A DNA stretch of 54,284 nucleotides. Origin: a virus (Duplodnaviria > Caudoviricetes). The translations under genes were made by a program, and so were the position numbers. The notes beneath the pieces are model-generated. The model worked only from the letters and a program-made list of their open reading frames with translations, was not told the DNA's origin and did no database searches. Where the stretch lies: the IMG/VR virus record IMGVR_UViG_3300027963_000004, positions 1-54,284 of that record. The stretch is one strand, 5' to 3'. Shown here piece by piece: positions 18,010 through 25,947 of the stretch (positions are counted from its first letter, which is position 1; each line of letters starts with the position of its first letter).

Positions 18010-18167
18010 AGAACATCCTCCTTTTTATATTTTCGTTTAATAATATAAGCCAACTTTCTTAATGCTAACCGTTCTATTTGTTCTACTTTGTATCGTGGAA
18101 GTTCAAGTATGTAAGCAACTTCCTCTTGAGTAAAATGATTATCAGATTTATATTCTTTTGGCCTCAC
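18006..18167 (-). CDS. Stand-alone sigma70 region-4-like HTH mini-protein (53 aa)
   Basis: AAGGAG then GTG; FTQEEVAYILELPRYKVEQIERLALRKL resembles sigma70 r4.2 TLEEVG..F.VTRERIRQIEAKALRKL; below ORF-track cutoff. Confidence 0.7.
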   Translation of the reverse strand: MRPKEYKSDNHFTQEEVAYILELPRYKVEQIERLALRKLAYIIKRKYKKEDVL

Positions 18168-18361
18168 CTTTCACTCCTTTCTTTTTTTGCCTTTTCACAT
18201 AATTTAATAAATTCTTTGGGTGCATCTGGATGCCAACCGCCAATGAGTAAATCACAGTTCATTTTGTAAACCTCCTCTTTGCGGCTGACTTCAGACAAAT
18301 AAATAATAAACCCACAGAATACAATCCACATTGCTATACACCAAAGCATTTGTTGTTTCAT
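18164..18361 (-). CDS. Small membrane-anchored protein
   Basis: N-terminal hydrophobic helix then NC.L..GGWHPD.P....LC. Confidence 0.6.
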   Translation of the reverse strand: MKQQMLWCIAMWIVFCGFIIYLSEVSRKEEVYKMNCDLLIGGWHPDAPKEFIKLCEKAKKERSER

Positions 18362-18364
18362 AAA

Positions 18365-20638
18365 TTATTTTCTCCCCATTACATTGTTTTCATAATCAGC
18401 AATCCGCTGACCAATCCATCTCATTACAGGTACTGCCATAGAATTACCCAATGCTTTATACCTTGGGCCATCTGGGCAATTAGTCTTGATGTTGGTGTAA
18501 TTATCAGGAAAGCCCTGAAGACGTTCACATTCCACTGGCGTGAGTCTTCTGACAGCCATTGAGGCTTGGTACACAGCATTGACTTGCTGAGTAACCTCTG
18601 AGGCTTGCGGAGACCTTGAGGGGTTGTTAGTGGTCAAGGCGGGTGCAATAACAGTCCCTATGGACTCATTAGCACCTCCTACGGGACTTTTAATGGTTTG
18701 ATTCACATCCGACAGGGTTTGGTTGTAAGTGTCAAACGCAACCCCCATCATGCCCCCAGAGTTGCCCCCTACCCTTAGAGTTGGGGATAAATCCTCAGTT
18801 GCATCTCTCCCATCATCAATAGCACTAAAGGCAACTGGTTGCAAGATGCCAATGCCACCCTGTCCCTTGGCGGGGTTGGGCTGAGTGGTGTCCAAGGTCT
18901 TGGAGAGGTCAACCTCACGGCAACCACTATCAGGGTTGCTTGACTTCATGGAGTTGCTCTCAGCACTATCAAAGGAAAAAGCCTTGGGATGAATAACCCC
19001 AACACCCCCTTGATGCATGGCGGGGTTGCTGCCTGATGCATCTAAAGTTTTAGCGGTATCTGCTTGGGTGACATGAATGTCATCTTTCAACTCTCCCTTG
19101 CCGGGAGCAAAGTTATATGCTTTGGGAGCAAGGGCTACGGCATGACCATGAGACTTAGTAAGGGTTGGGGATGGCTCACCCTCATTGAATAGTCCTAAAG
19201 GCCAATCATCCCTACCATTTTCGCGCCCTAAAGCATTCTGAGTGCTAATAGGGTAGCAGTCAATTCCTACCACAGGAATATGCCCACCACCAGTACCCAT
19301 CGCACTTGTCAGAGTAGGAGATAAATTTTCACCAACTGCTGCATTAGGATGTTCTCCTCCAAGTATGACCACTTGCTGATCTTGTAGAGTTGAAATAGTA
19401 AAGGCTAAATCATCACTACCAAGATAACCTTTACCACCACCTTCGCAACCTCCACGCACTTTAAATGTGTGTGCAACCATGTGTCGATCAACTGTGGTTA
19501 AAGTATTCATTGGTTCGCCATCTTCACCAATGCCCAACCCATTACCTTTTCCATCATTATTTCTATTTTTTCCTCCGCCTTCATACTGTAATGCTTGAGG
19601 ATGAATTGGGTACGCAACTGCATAAGCAACACCATGTATATCTGTGCTATTTAATGTAAAAGATATGTTTTCATTCCAACCCATTCCTCGAGAATTTTGA
19701 GAAGTTGCACCGCCTCCTTGCAAGGTATATGCTTTCATGCCTACAAATGGAACATTACCACCACCACTACCCCATGTTGATGTTACTGTTTGGCAAACTT
19801 CTCCCATTTCCTTTACACGACTATCAGAGGCATGATTTTCATAGACTATTGGGATGACCTTAGAGTGATCATAGTTATCAACTCCCTTGTAATCCCTAGC
19901 CATCAAAGGCCCAGTTATTCCTCGTCCATCTCCTGAAGCATCAACTCGTTGGGCAAGAAAGGTTTCACTTCCTCCTCCAAGGACTCCTCCGCTTGCTTTG
20001 AGAGTTCCTCCGACGTCTGCTGCGCGGTATTGAGCAAGGCTGCTTTCAAAGAAGGCGGCAGTTCTTTCCCTCTTTTGTCGGCTCGGCGGAGGATTCCTCT
20101 GCAGGCTGTCGCGCTCAAAAAGTACCGCCGCGGCAGGTCGCCAGTCTCCAAGGTGTCCAATAACGAACACGCGACGCCTTCTTTGGGCCACTCCGAAGTA
20201 TTGAGCGTCAAGAACTCTGTATGCGAACCCATACCCGAGTTCCCCCAGCCCTCCAAGGAAGGTTCCAAAATCTTTTCCGTCGTTAGATGACAAGACTCCG
20301 GGGACGTTCTCCCAAACCAACCACTTGGGGCGAAATCTGTTAGCAATTGCAAGATAGGTGAGCATGAGGTTCCCACGAGGGTCATCCAATCCTTTTCTGA
20401 GTCCAGCGACACTGAACGACTGGCATGGAGTTCCTCCGACGAAAACATTGACATTTGTTCCAATTTCCCACTCCTTAAATTTAGTCATATCCCCAAAGTT
20501 TGGTACATGGGGGTAATGGTGTTTCAAAACTTCTGATGGAAATTTCTCAATTTCTGAAAATCCAACAGGATTCCAACCTAGGTCATGCCAAGCACAAGTT
20601 GCTGCCTCTATGCCAGAGCATACGGATAAGTAATTCAT
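18365..20638 (-). CDS. DNA (cytosine-5) methyltransferase with greatly expanded variable region
   Basis: Motif I SVCSGIE, IV GGTPCQSFS, VI WENVPG, VIII QRRRRVF, IX RRLTPVECERLQGFP, X GNSMAV. Confidence 0.95.
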   Translation of the reverse strand: MNYLSVCSGIEAATCAWHDLGWNPVGFSEIEKFPSEVLKHHYPHVPNFGDMTKFKEWEIGTNVNVFVGGTPCQSFSVAGLRKGLDDPRGNLMLTYLAIANRFRPKWLVWENVPGVLSSNDGKDFGTFLGGLGELGYGFAYRVLDAQYFGVAQRRRRVFVIGHLGDWRPAAAVLFERDSLQRNPPPSRQKRERTAAFFESSLAQYRAADVGGTLKASGGVLGGGSETFLAQRVDASGDGRGITGPLMARDYKGVDNYDHSKVIPIVYENHASDSRVKEMGEVCQTVTSTWGSGGGNVPFVGMKAYTLQGGGATSQNSRGMGWNENISFTLNSTDIHGVAYAVAYPIHPQALQYEGGGKNRNNDGKGNGLGIGEDGEPMNTLTTVDRHMVAHTFKVRGGCEGGGKGYLGSDDLAFTISTLQDQQVVILGGEHPNAAVGENLSPTLTSAMGTGGGHIPVVGIDCYPISTQNALGRENGRDDWPLGLFNEGEPSPTLTKSHGHAVALAPKAYNFAPGKGELKDDIHVTQADTAKTLDASGSNPAMHQGGVGVIHPKAFSFDSAESNSMKSSNPDSGCREVDLSKTLDTTQPNPAKGQGGIGILQPVAFSAIDDGRDATEDLSPTLRVGGNSGGMMGVAFDTYNQTLSDVNQTIKSPVGGANESIGTVIAPALTTNNPSRSPQASEVTQQVNAVYQASMAVRRLTPVECERLQGFPDNYTNIKTNCPDGPRYKALGNSMAVPVMRWIGQRIADYENNVMGRK
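19915..20463 (-). CDS. Nested out-of-frame gene in the MTase, M.EcoHK31I beta-subunit-like
   Basis: 182-aa same-strand ORF in +1 frame with GGAG SD; SLLDTLETGDLPRRYFLSATACRGILRRA. Confidence 0.65.
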   Translation of the reverse strand: MEQMSMFSSEELHASRSVSLDSEKDWMTLVGTSCSPILQLLTDFAPSGWFGRTSPESCHLTTEKILEPSLEGWGNSGMGSHTEFLTLNTSEWPKEGVACSLLDTLETGDLPRRYFLSATACRGILRRADKRGKELPPSLKAALLNTAQQTSEELSKQAEESLEEEVKPFLPNELMLQEMDEE

Positions 20639-20964
20639 AGTGTTGCTTTCCCTTCTGCTCTGTTATTGGCTTGCTCAGTTCTCCAAATCTCAACTCTGGC
20701 TTGCGCCCCAATCAAGTCCCAACGCAACTTCTCTTCAACTTCAATAGCCTCTTTAAGACCCTTTAGCAACTGCACATATTCTTCATGGGCATAAGCCTCG
20801 CGTTCCTGTGCGCCAATAGCATTCTCCATTGACCTCTTCATTAGTATTGCCTTGAGTGACTTGCGATACTCCTCAAGGTAACACCTCTCTGCTTTAGCCT
20901 TGGCAAACTTCTTACCATTAAGCAATATGTAATCAACTGCATCATGTGGGTTTCTGTTTTCCAT
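20635..20964 (-). CDS. Conserved helical phage protein (possibly UvsY-like)
   Basis: 109 aa coiled-coil, AQEREAYAH..IWRTEQANNR; ATGA coupling to MTase; function uncertain. Confidence 0.6.
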   Translation of the reverse strand: MENRNPHDAVDYILLNGKKFAKAKAERCYLEEYRKSLKAILMKRSMENAIGAQEREAYAHEEYVQLLKGLKEAIEVEEKLRWDLIGAQARVEIWRTEQANNRAEGKATL

Positions 20965-20966
20965 AA

Positions 20967-21086
20967 TTAATCCTTTGATGGTTTACGGCACATCCAATAA
21001 AACCAGATGCATACTAAAGAAAATGCCCATCCAACAAAACCAGATATGGCAAAAAATAAGACTAAGATATTTAAAAAAGTATCCAT
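20967..21086 (-). CDS. Small membrane protein (39 aa)
   Basis: MDTFLNILVLFFAISGFVGWAFSLVCIWFYW...; TAATG coupling. Confidence 0.45.
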   Translation of the reverse strand: MDTFLNILVLFFAISGFVGWAFSLVCIWFYWMCRKPSKD

Positions 21087-21637
21087 TAATCTCTCCTTAA
21101 AGTAAACCAATTGAAGTTAGTGGCCATCACATCGTCATAGTTAAACTTGCGACCAAAGCACTGTCTAAATGTAGTCATCTTGTCACCCCACCCAAAGAAT
21201 CTATCATCATATACAAAAGCCTTGACTGGTACACTTAAACTTCCAAAAATAAAGGCTCTGCCTTTCTCAGTCACACGCCATAGCCCACTTGTCTTGGTAA
21301 CTATCCCTGTGACTTTTTTATCTTGGGGCCTGGCTTTTGGTGCAGGTTCTACAAACCCCCAAAACTTCATGGTCGCATAGTTCTTCCCACGAACTGCCCA
21401 ACGTGGTGCCCTAGCACCCATATCTATGTATCCAGCATGGTCAGTATTTGCCACAGTCATCCACTTGAGAGTTGCTGCCATCGTCTCATTGAGGTTGTAG
21501 TTATTAATCTTTCCCCATTTATCGCAACACGGGCAATGACCACCATCACCCTCTATGGTCTTTGTCCAGTTGCGTTTTAACTCTGCAAGGAAATCTCTTT
21601 CCCCATCAAAAAAATCTAATTGTTCATTCGCTAACAT
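21086..21637 (-). CDS. Hypothetical protein (CPCC zinc knuckle plus winged-helix-like segment)
   Basis: 183 aa; GGHCPCCDKWGK, GLWRVTEKGRAF. Confidence 0.65.
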   Translation of the reverse strand: MLANEQLDFFDGERDFLAELKRNWTKTIEGDGGHCPCCDKWGKINNYNLNETMAATLKWMTVANTDHAGYIDMGARAPRWAVRGKNYATMKFWGFVEPAPKARPQDKKVTGIVTKTSGLWRVTEKGRAFIFGSLSVPVKAFVYDDRFFGWGDKMTTFRQCFGRKFNYDDVMATNFNWFTLRRD

Positions 21638-21782
21638 ATTTTTCCCTCGCTTTCATCATTTCATATGCATATTCATAAGCAGTCAATGCTGCCGATTCTG
21701 TATCCTCACCTCTAAATGCATTGATTACTGCTGGCAATGCAAGTGCTGCAAAGATGTCAATTAGTTTTGGCTCTTCAATCAT
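21624..21782 (-). CDS. Small conserved phage protein (52 aa)
   Basis: LIDIFAALAL..AYEYAYEMMKARE; ATGA coupling with RusA. Confidence 0.6.
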   Translation of the reverse strand: MIEEPKLIDIFAALALPAVINAFRGEDTESAALTAYEYAYEMMKAREKYVSE

Positions 21783-22126
21783 TCAGCCCCCTCTATAGTT
21801 ACTTTGACATAACCACCAATTTCTTCAGCCCAATAAATCCTCAAGTCAACTATCAAGCAGTCATCCTCCATTACACCTGCATGGGTGAGTGAATCAAGAA
21901 TTGCTTTAAGCAAATTATCGAGGTCACGACGCCTGCGGTCTGGTCTAAATGCCTCAATGGTTACTTGCAATGCATAATCAAAATGCTTTGCACCCCTTTG
22001 AATTAGAACCTGACTAGCAACTGCTTGGCGATATTCGCGCCCCTTAGCACTAATGAGGACTCGACCATTAACATTGCGCCAATATGTATTGACTGTTGGT
22101 GGCCAAGGTAGTTTTAATTCAATCAT
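21779..22126 (-). CDS. rusA: RusA-family Holliday junction resolvase
   Basis: LPWPPTVNTYWR, PDRRRRDLDNLLKAILDSL, EDD. Confidence 0.9.
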   Translation of the reverse strand: MIELKLPWPPTVNTYWRNVNGRVLISAKGREYRQAVASQVLIQRGAKHFDYALQVTIEAFRPDRRRRDLDNLLKAILDSLTHAGVMEDDCLIVDLRIYWAEEIGGYVKVTIEGAE

Positions 22127-22295
22127 TTTGTTCCCTATCTTTTTTGTGTTTATCTCGCTCAATTAACTCTTTGGCTTGCCGCTCTAATGCATTCACTTGT
22201 TCAGCAATCCTGTCCAAGTCATACTGAGTAATTCTTTTTCCATCTTTTCTTTCTTGTTTTGCTTTCACAAGAAATTCTTTAAATGCCTCAATCAT
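22119..22295 (-). CDS. Hypothetical protein (58 aa)
   Basis: MIEAFKEFLVKAKQERK...; fills the gap, overlapping neighbours on both sides. Confidence 0.45.
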   Translation of the reverse strand: MIEAFKEFLVKAKQERKDGKRITQYDLDRIAEQVNALERQAKELIERDKHKKDREQND

Positions 22296-22555
22296 CTCCA
22301 GTCACCATCCTCTCCACGATTGCCTTTAGCCCATTGATTCCGAATATCTTTTTCCAAAATTGATCCGGGATGTAATTCATTCCAACCTTTGAAACGCTTA
22401 CCAGTTCTGTCAATTCCACCGTTGAGCCATACGTGTGCCTGTTGACGATCTTGTATGCGCATCTTGATGATTCCCCGAACGAGACAACGATGGCGGTGTT
22501 CATCATCCCCCTCTCCCTCACTCCATGTTCGTCTTGCTGAAATAAAGTCACTCAA
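22292..22555 (-). CDS. Conserved hypothetical protein downstream of helicase
   Basis: EHRHRCLVR..L..DIRNQWAKGNRG..GDW. Confidence 0.6.
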   Translation of the reverse strand: MSDFISARRTWSEGEGDDEHRHRCLVRGIIKMRIQDRQQAHVWLNGGIDRTGKRFKGWNELHPGSILEKDIRNQWAKGNRGEDGDWR

Positions 22556-23556
22556 AATTCCCCCTTATCATCAAAAGCCATAGGTACTGCATCATGTGAA
22601 TCAATAAACTGCTGACTGTCTTTGTTGTACCAAAGGTTGTACCATTCCTCTGCCTCACCATTTCTCTGCTTGTGGCACATCAGCATGGCATCTGGGGTAA
22701 ATTTGTCAGCAGAACCTTTTAAATGCATATCATGTTCTTTCTTTTTATTTCTCCATACCATTAACACGTTATCAACTTGGTCTGCAATTGCACCAGAACC
22801 TTTCACATCATTCTTGTTAGGCATAATTTCTTCACTAGCCAATTTACGAATGTGATGGATTAGATGGATGTGAATGTTGTGGTCACGTGCTAAAGCAGTC
22901 AACTCATCCACAAAGTATTTCTGTGCGTTGTAGTCATCCTCGCCCGGAACACACTTCATCAATGAATCAACAAAGAAATGCTGCACTCCTAACTCCATAG
23001 CACAGTACCTTGCAACTGCTATAACTTGCTGAGAAGTAACAGTGCCTTGTTGGTCATAGAGCCATAATTTGTCAGCAACAAAGACTCCAAGCCTTGCAAG
23101 TAACTTTTCAAGGTATCTATCCTTACCCGTAAATCTTGGGGCATCAATGTTTTCTCCCGCAAACTGTCTGAGCATCCGATACATAGTCCTTTTGGGTTTC
23201 ATCTCAAAAGATGCTATACAAATCTTTTGCTTTTGCTTAATCAAGCCCATAGCAATTTGCCCTGTGATAAGGGACTTGCCACCACCATTTGACCCCGCAT
23301 AAAGGGTAACCTCACCCTGTCTAAACTGAAATGTTGAATGAGTCTTAGACCATGGCATTGTTGTAAACTTCTCATGCACAGGATGATGGATTTCTTGCTT
23401 TAACTCATCAAGCCATATTTGAGCCTCTCTAATTTTTTGAGACACATCATTGGCTTTAAGGTACTTATCAAAGTCAACTTCATTTGGCTTGAGCAGTCTG
23501 ACCTTTCTCATGTCATCCAACTCTTTAGCCCTCTCAACTACATTAGATGTTTGCAT
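22552..23556 (-). CDS. DnaB/SF4-like replicative helicase
   Basis: Walker A GSNGGGKS, SFEM, FVDSL, HHIRK, KGSGAIADQVDNV, KQRNG. Confidence 0.9.
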   Translation of the reverse strand: MQTSNVVERAKELDDMRKVRLLKPNEVDFDKYLKANDVSQKIREAQIWLDELKQEIHHPVHEKFTTMPWSKTHSTFQFRQGEVTLYAGSNGGGKSLITGQIAMGLIKQKQKICIASFEMKPKRTMYRMLRQFAGENIDAPRFTGKDRYLEKLLARLGVFVADKLWLYDQQGTVTSQQVIAVARYCAMELGVQHFFVDSLMKCVPGEDDYNAQKYFVDELTALARDHNIHIHLIHHIRKLASEEIMPNKNDVKGSGAIADQVDNVLMVWRNKKKEHDMHLKGSADKFTPDAMLMCHKQRNGEAEEWYNLWYNKDSQQFIDSHDAVPMAFDDKGEF

Positions 23557-23974
23557 ATCGCATCACCTCTTCAATTCGTTGTTGTGCAACCTTGAGCCGC
23601 TCCCTATCACCCTCTTGAATCTTTTTACCTTGGCTCATGTCATATGCACAGATTGACACAACTAAGCATTCAAAGGAAATAATTCTTAACAAGTCACTTG
23701 CATAGAATGCAGGTTTCATAGGTTTCATGCCCTGTTTCTCACCAACCCATTCCCTCTTGGGTGGAAACAAATCACCCATGTCCATACCGATAGAACCAAT
23801 TACATCAACAGTTGAACACCCACCAAAACAATGTATCAAAACCCTACCATCTTCACCCTCTCTAACTGCTAGAGATGGGGACTTGTCTTCATGGGATGGA
23901 CAACAAGCAGTCCATGAACCATTCCTACCCTTGACCTTTTGCAGTCTTGAGAGCAACTTCTCAACAGGTGTCAT
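23543..23974 (-). CDS. CHC2 zinc-finger primase-type domain protein
   Basis: ACCPSHEDKSPSL..LIHCFGGC. Confidence 0.85.
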   Translation of the reverse strand: MTPVEKLLSRLQKVKGRNGSWTACCPSHEDKSPSLAVREGEDGRVLIHCFGGCSTVDVIGSIGMDMGDLFPPKREWVGEKQGMKPMKPAFYASDLLRIISFECLVVSICAYDMSQGKKIQEGDRERLKVAQQRIEEVMRYANI

Positions 23975-24636
23975 ATGCCCCTCCTAATTGGAGTTAACTC
24001 CACATCATCTTCCCATCTTCTTTGGTTGATGTAAGTCAAAGGGGCGGGTTCAAAGCCTGTCAGCCATTGTTCTGATTTCTTTAAACTTGAAACGTGCCAA
24101 AAAATTTTGTCGGCTACCTCATCCAACTTGTTTCTAATCCATTTGGTCTCACAAGTTGACTTTGCAACCTTGCGTTTTGATGTTGGCCATAGTTGCCAAA
24201 ACTCGTCGAATTTCGACGATGTAGTTATATTCTTCTTCTGTATCTGTATCTTCTTAGGGTTCGTATTCGTATCCGATTCGGTTACCGATTCGGTTTCGGT
24301 TGGTTTAAACTCTTTATTTACAATGCTTTTCGGTCTGCCACCCCTTTTGCCAATCTCTCTGTTAGTTGCAACTTGAGATTGATATTTTGCTATTTCAGCA
24401 TCAGCACGATAGTTGTGATAACCATCTTCTTGCTTGTCAAAGAACTCTACCAAAACCGATTCGGTTTCCTCAATTTCCATACCAATCTTTCTTGCAACCA
24501 ATTTCACATCATGTGCAATAGGCTTTTCACTCATGTAGTAAAGGTCTAGAAGTCTGCGATAGGCAAGGTCTTCAGCATCAGAAATATGTTTAGTGTGGGT
24601 GATGTAGTCACCAATGTGGAATTTGTACCAAATCAT
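23971..24636 (-). CDS. Replication initiator, DUF1376/YdaU-like
   Basis: WYKFHIGDY..AYRRLLDLYY..E, GKRGGRP, FDEFWQLWP..TYINQRRWED. Confidence 0.8.
   Translation of the reverse strand: MIWYKFHIGDYITHTKHISDAEDLAYRRLLDLYYMSEKPIAHDVKLVARKIGMEIEETESVLVEFFDKQEDGYHNYRADAEIAKYQSQVATNREIGKRGGRPKSIVNKEFKPTETESVTESDTNTNPKKIQIQKKNITTSSKFDEFWQLWPTSKRKVAKSTCETKWIRNKLDEVADKIFWHVSSLKKSEQWLTGFEPAPLTYINQRRWEDDVELTPIRRGI
24261..24306. repeat. Iteron-like cluster inside initiator gene (candidate origin)
   Basis: Tandem CCGATTCGGTT x2 plus TCGGTT half-sites, flanked by an AT-rich tract; third full copy at 24453-24467. Confidence 0.55.
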
Positions 24637-24842
24637 TTCAGTTCCCCAAAAATATCAGGTCTCAATGTTGTCCTCTTGACCAACCCCTTGGTATACCTCT
24701 CTATTGCCCCACTTAACTCAGGGCTAGGCATTTGCCTTCCACTTATCACTAGACTGAGCCATGTCTTGCTCACCCCTAGTTTTTTAGCCATGGCAATCTT
24801 TGCTCCCCGCGGCTTTGCTTCAAAAAATTCATTTAATGTCAT
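24633..24842 (-). CDS. Cro/YdaS-like HTH regulator
   Basis: GGAGG SD before MTLNEFF; AMAKKLGVSKTWLSLVISG..IERYTKG.V....LRPDIF. Confidence 0.85.
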   Translation of the reverse strand: MTLNEFFEAKPRGAKIAMAKKLGVSKTWLSLVISGRQMPSPELSGAIERYTKGLVKRTTLRPDIFGELK

Positions 24843-24869
24843 TGAACCCTCCATAGTTGGTTTAATCTC

Positions 24870-24897
24870 ATCATACACCAAAAAAAAGATTGTGCAA
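24870..24897 (-). promoter_or_regulatory. Leftward promoter TTGCAC-16-TATGAT
   Basis: Upstream of Cro-like gene in the divergent region. Confidence 0.55.
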
Positions 24898-24902
24898 GCC
24901 TG

Positions 24903-24931
24903 TTGTATTTTTATATTAAATTTGGTACAGT
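24903..24931 (+). promoter_or_regulatory. Rightward promoter TTGTAT-17-TACAGT
   Basis: 17-nt spacer with extended TG; upstream of the only plus-strand operon. Confidence 0.55.
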
Positions 24932-24959
24932 CAAGACTTGTTTAACTCGAAAGCGAATT

Positions 24960-25109
24960 ATGAACCCAATAGATAGAGATCAGCAAGACATGAATTTGAT
25001 ACAGGATGCATTACTCAATAGAAAAGATAAGAAAACGCCATGTTGGCCGTATCTTTTATTTTGGGGTGTGCTTTGGACAATCATCATCACATTGACTGTG
25101 AGGTGGTAG
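24960..25109 (+). CDS. Small membrane protein
   Basis: Likely start MNPIDRD; C-terminal hydrophobic helix. Confidence 0.5.
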   Translation: MNPIDRDQQDMNLIQDALLNRKDKKTPCWPYLLFWGVLWTIIITLTVRW

Positions 25110-25295
25110 ATGCATAACGATGCTGAGATGCACCAACTAATGTTGGAGAGGCAACAAATACTTGAGGAGGCTCTAGAACGGGCTGAGACAGGTGTTGCAA
25201 CACAGGAGGATTGGGACATCATTCGCTATGAATGTGGATTGCCCAAGAGACCTTTAGTAACTTTAGAAACTTTAACCTTAACTAGGAGCGAATAA
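25110..25295 (+). CDS. Hypothetical protein
   Basis: 61 aa, GAGG SD, TAATG coupling. Confidence 0.6.
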   Translation: MHNDAEMHQLMLERQQILEEALERAETGVATQEDWDIIRYECGLPKRPLVTLETLTLTRSE

Positions 25296-25939
25296 TGGCT
25301 TTGATAGCGAAAGAAAGTGGTGGCAGTAGCACCTTTACCCCTGTACCCCAAGGTATGCATCTTGCAAGATGTTATCGAGTGGTTGACCTTGGCACTCAAA
25401 AAAGTGAGTACCTTGGGACTATAAAACATTTACCAAAGGTTATGTTGCAGTTTGAGGTATTTGGTGAAGATGAGAGTGGCAACCCTATTCTGACAAATAA
25501 GGGTGAACCCATGACCATCAGCAAGAACTTTACTTTGTCCTTGGCTGAGAAAGCAACCCTTCGAAAGGACTTGCAGACTTGGAGAGGCAGAGACTTTACT
25601 GCTGATGAACTCAGAGGTTTTGAATTAAAGAATGTTCTTGGTGCATGGGCAATGATTTCTGTTGTCAAGGCAGAGGGCAATAATGGCAAAGAGTACACCA
25701 ATATTCAAGCCATCTTATCTGTCCCTCAACAAATCAAAAAAGCGGGTCTTCCTGATGGTCACAATGCCCTTGGAATCTTCTCTATTGATGAACCTGACAT
25801 GACCATGTTTGACACCTTTAGTGATGGACTTAGGTCAAAGATTGAGGGTTCTCCTGAGTGGCAACAAAGAAATGGCAAATCAGCCCCAACCCAAGCATCT
25901 ACAAGTATTAATGACTTGGATGATGACATCCCATTTTAA
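25295..25939 (+). CDS. ssDNA-binding/recombination protein
   Basis: G.HLARCYRVVDLGTQ family motif; acidic SSB-type tail DLDDDIPF. Confidence 0.7.
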   Translation: MALIAKESGGSSTFTPVPQGMHLARCYRVVDLGTQKSEYLGTIKHLPKVMLQFEVFGEDESGNPILTNKGEPMTISKNFTLSLAEKATLRKDLQTWRGRDFTADELRGFELKNVLGAWAMISVVKAEGNNGKEYTNIQAILSVPQQIKKAGLPDGHNALGIFSIDEPDMTMFDTFSDGLRSKIEGSPEWQQRNGKSAPTQASTSINDLDDDIPF

Positions 25940-25947
25940 GGAAACAT

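Noticed and set aside
18560-20050. Intein or homing endonuclease in the MTase
   Set aside because: No intein terminal motifs (C/S start, HN end) or LAGLIDADG/HNH signature; region is a degenerate repeat array
21647-21653. Additional AAAGCGA leader motif
   Set aside because: Explained by coding of MMKARE in the overlapping 52-aa gene
22288-22551. Alternative-frame 87-aa ORF
   Set aside because: The overlapping 22292-22555 frame has a recognisable motif and couples to both neighbours
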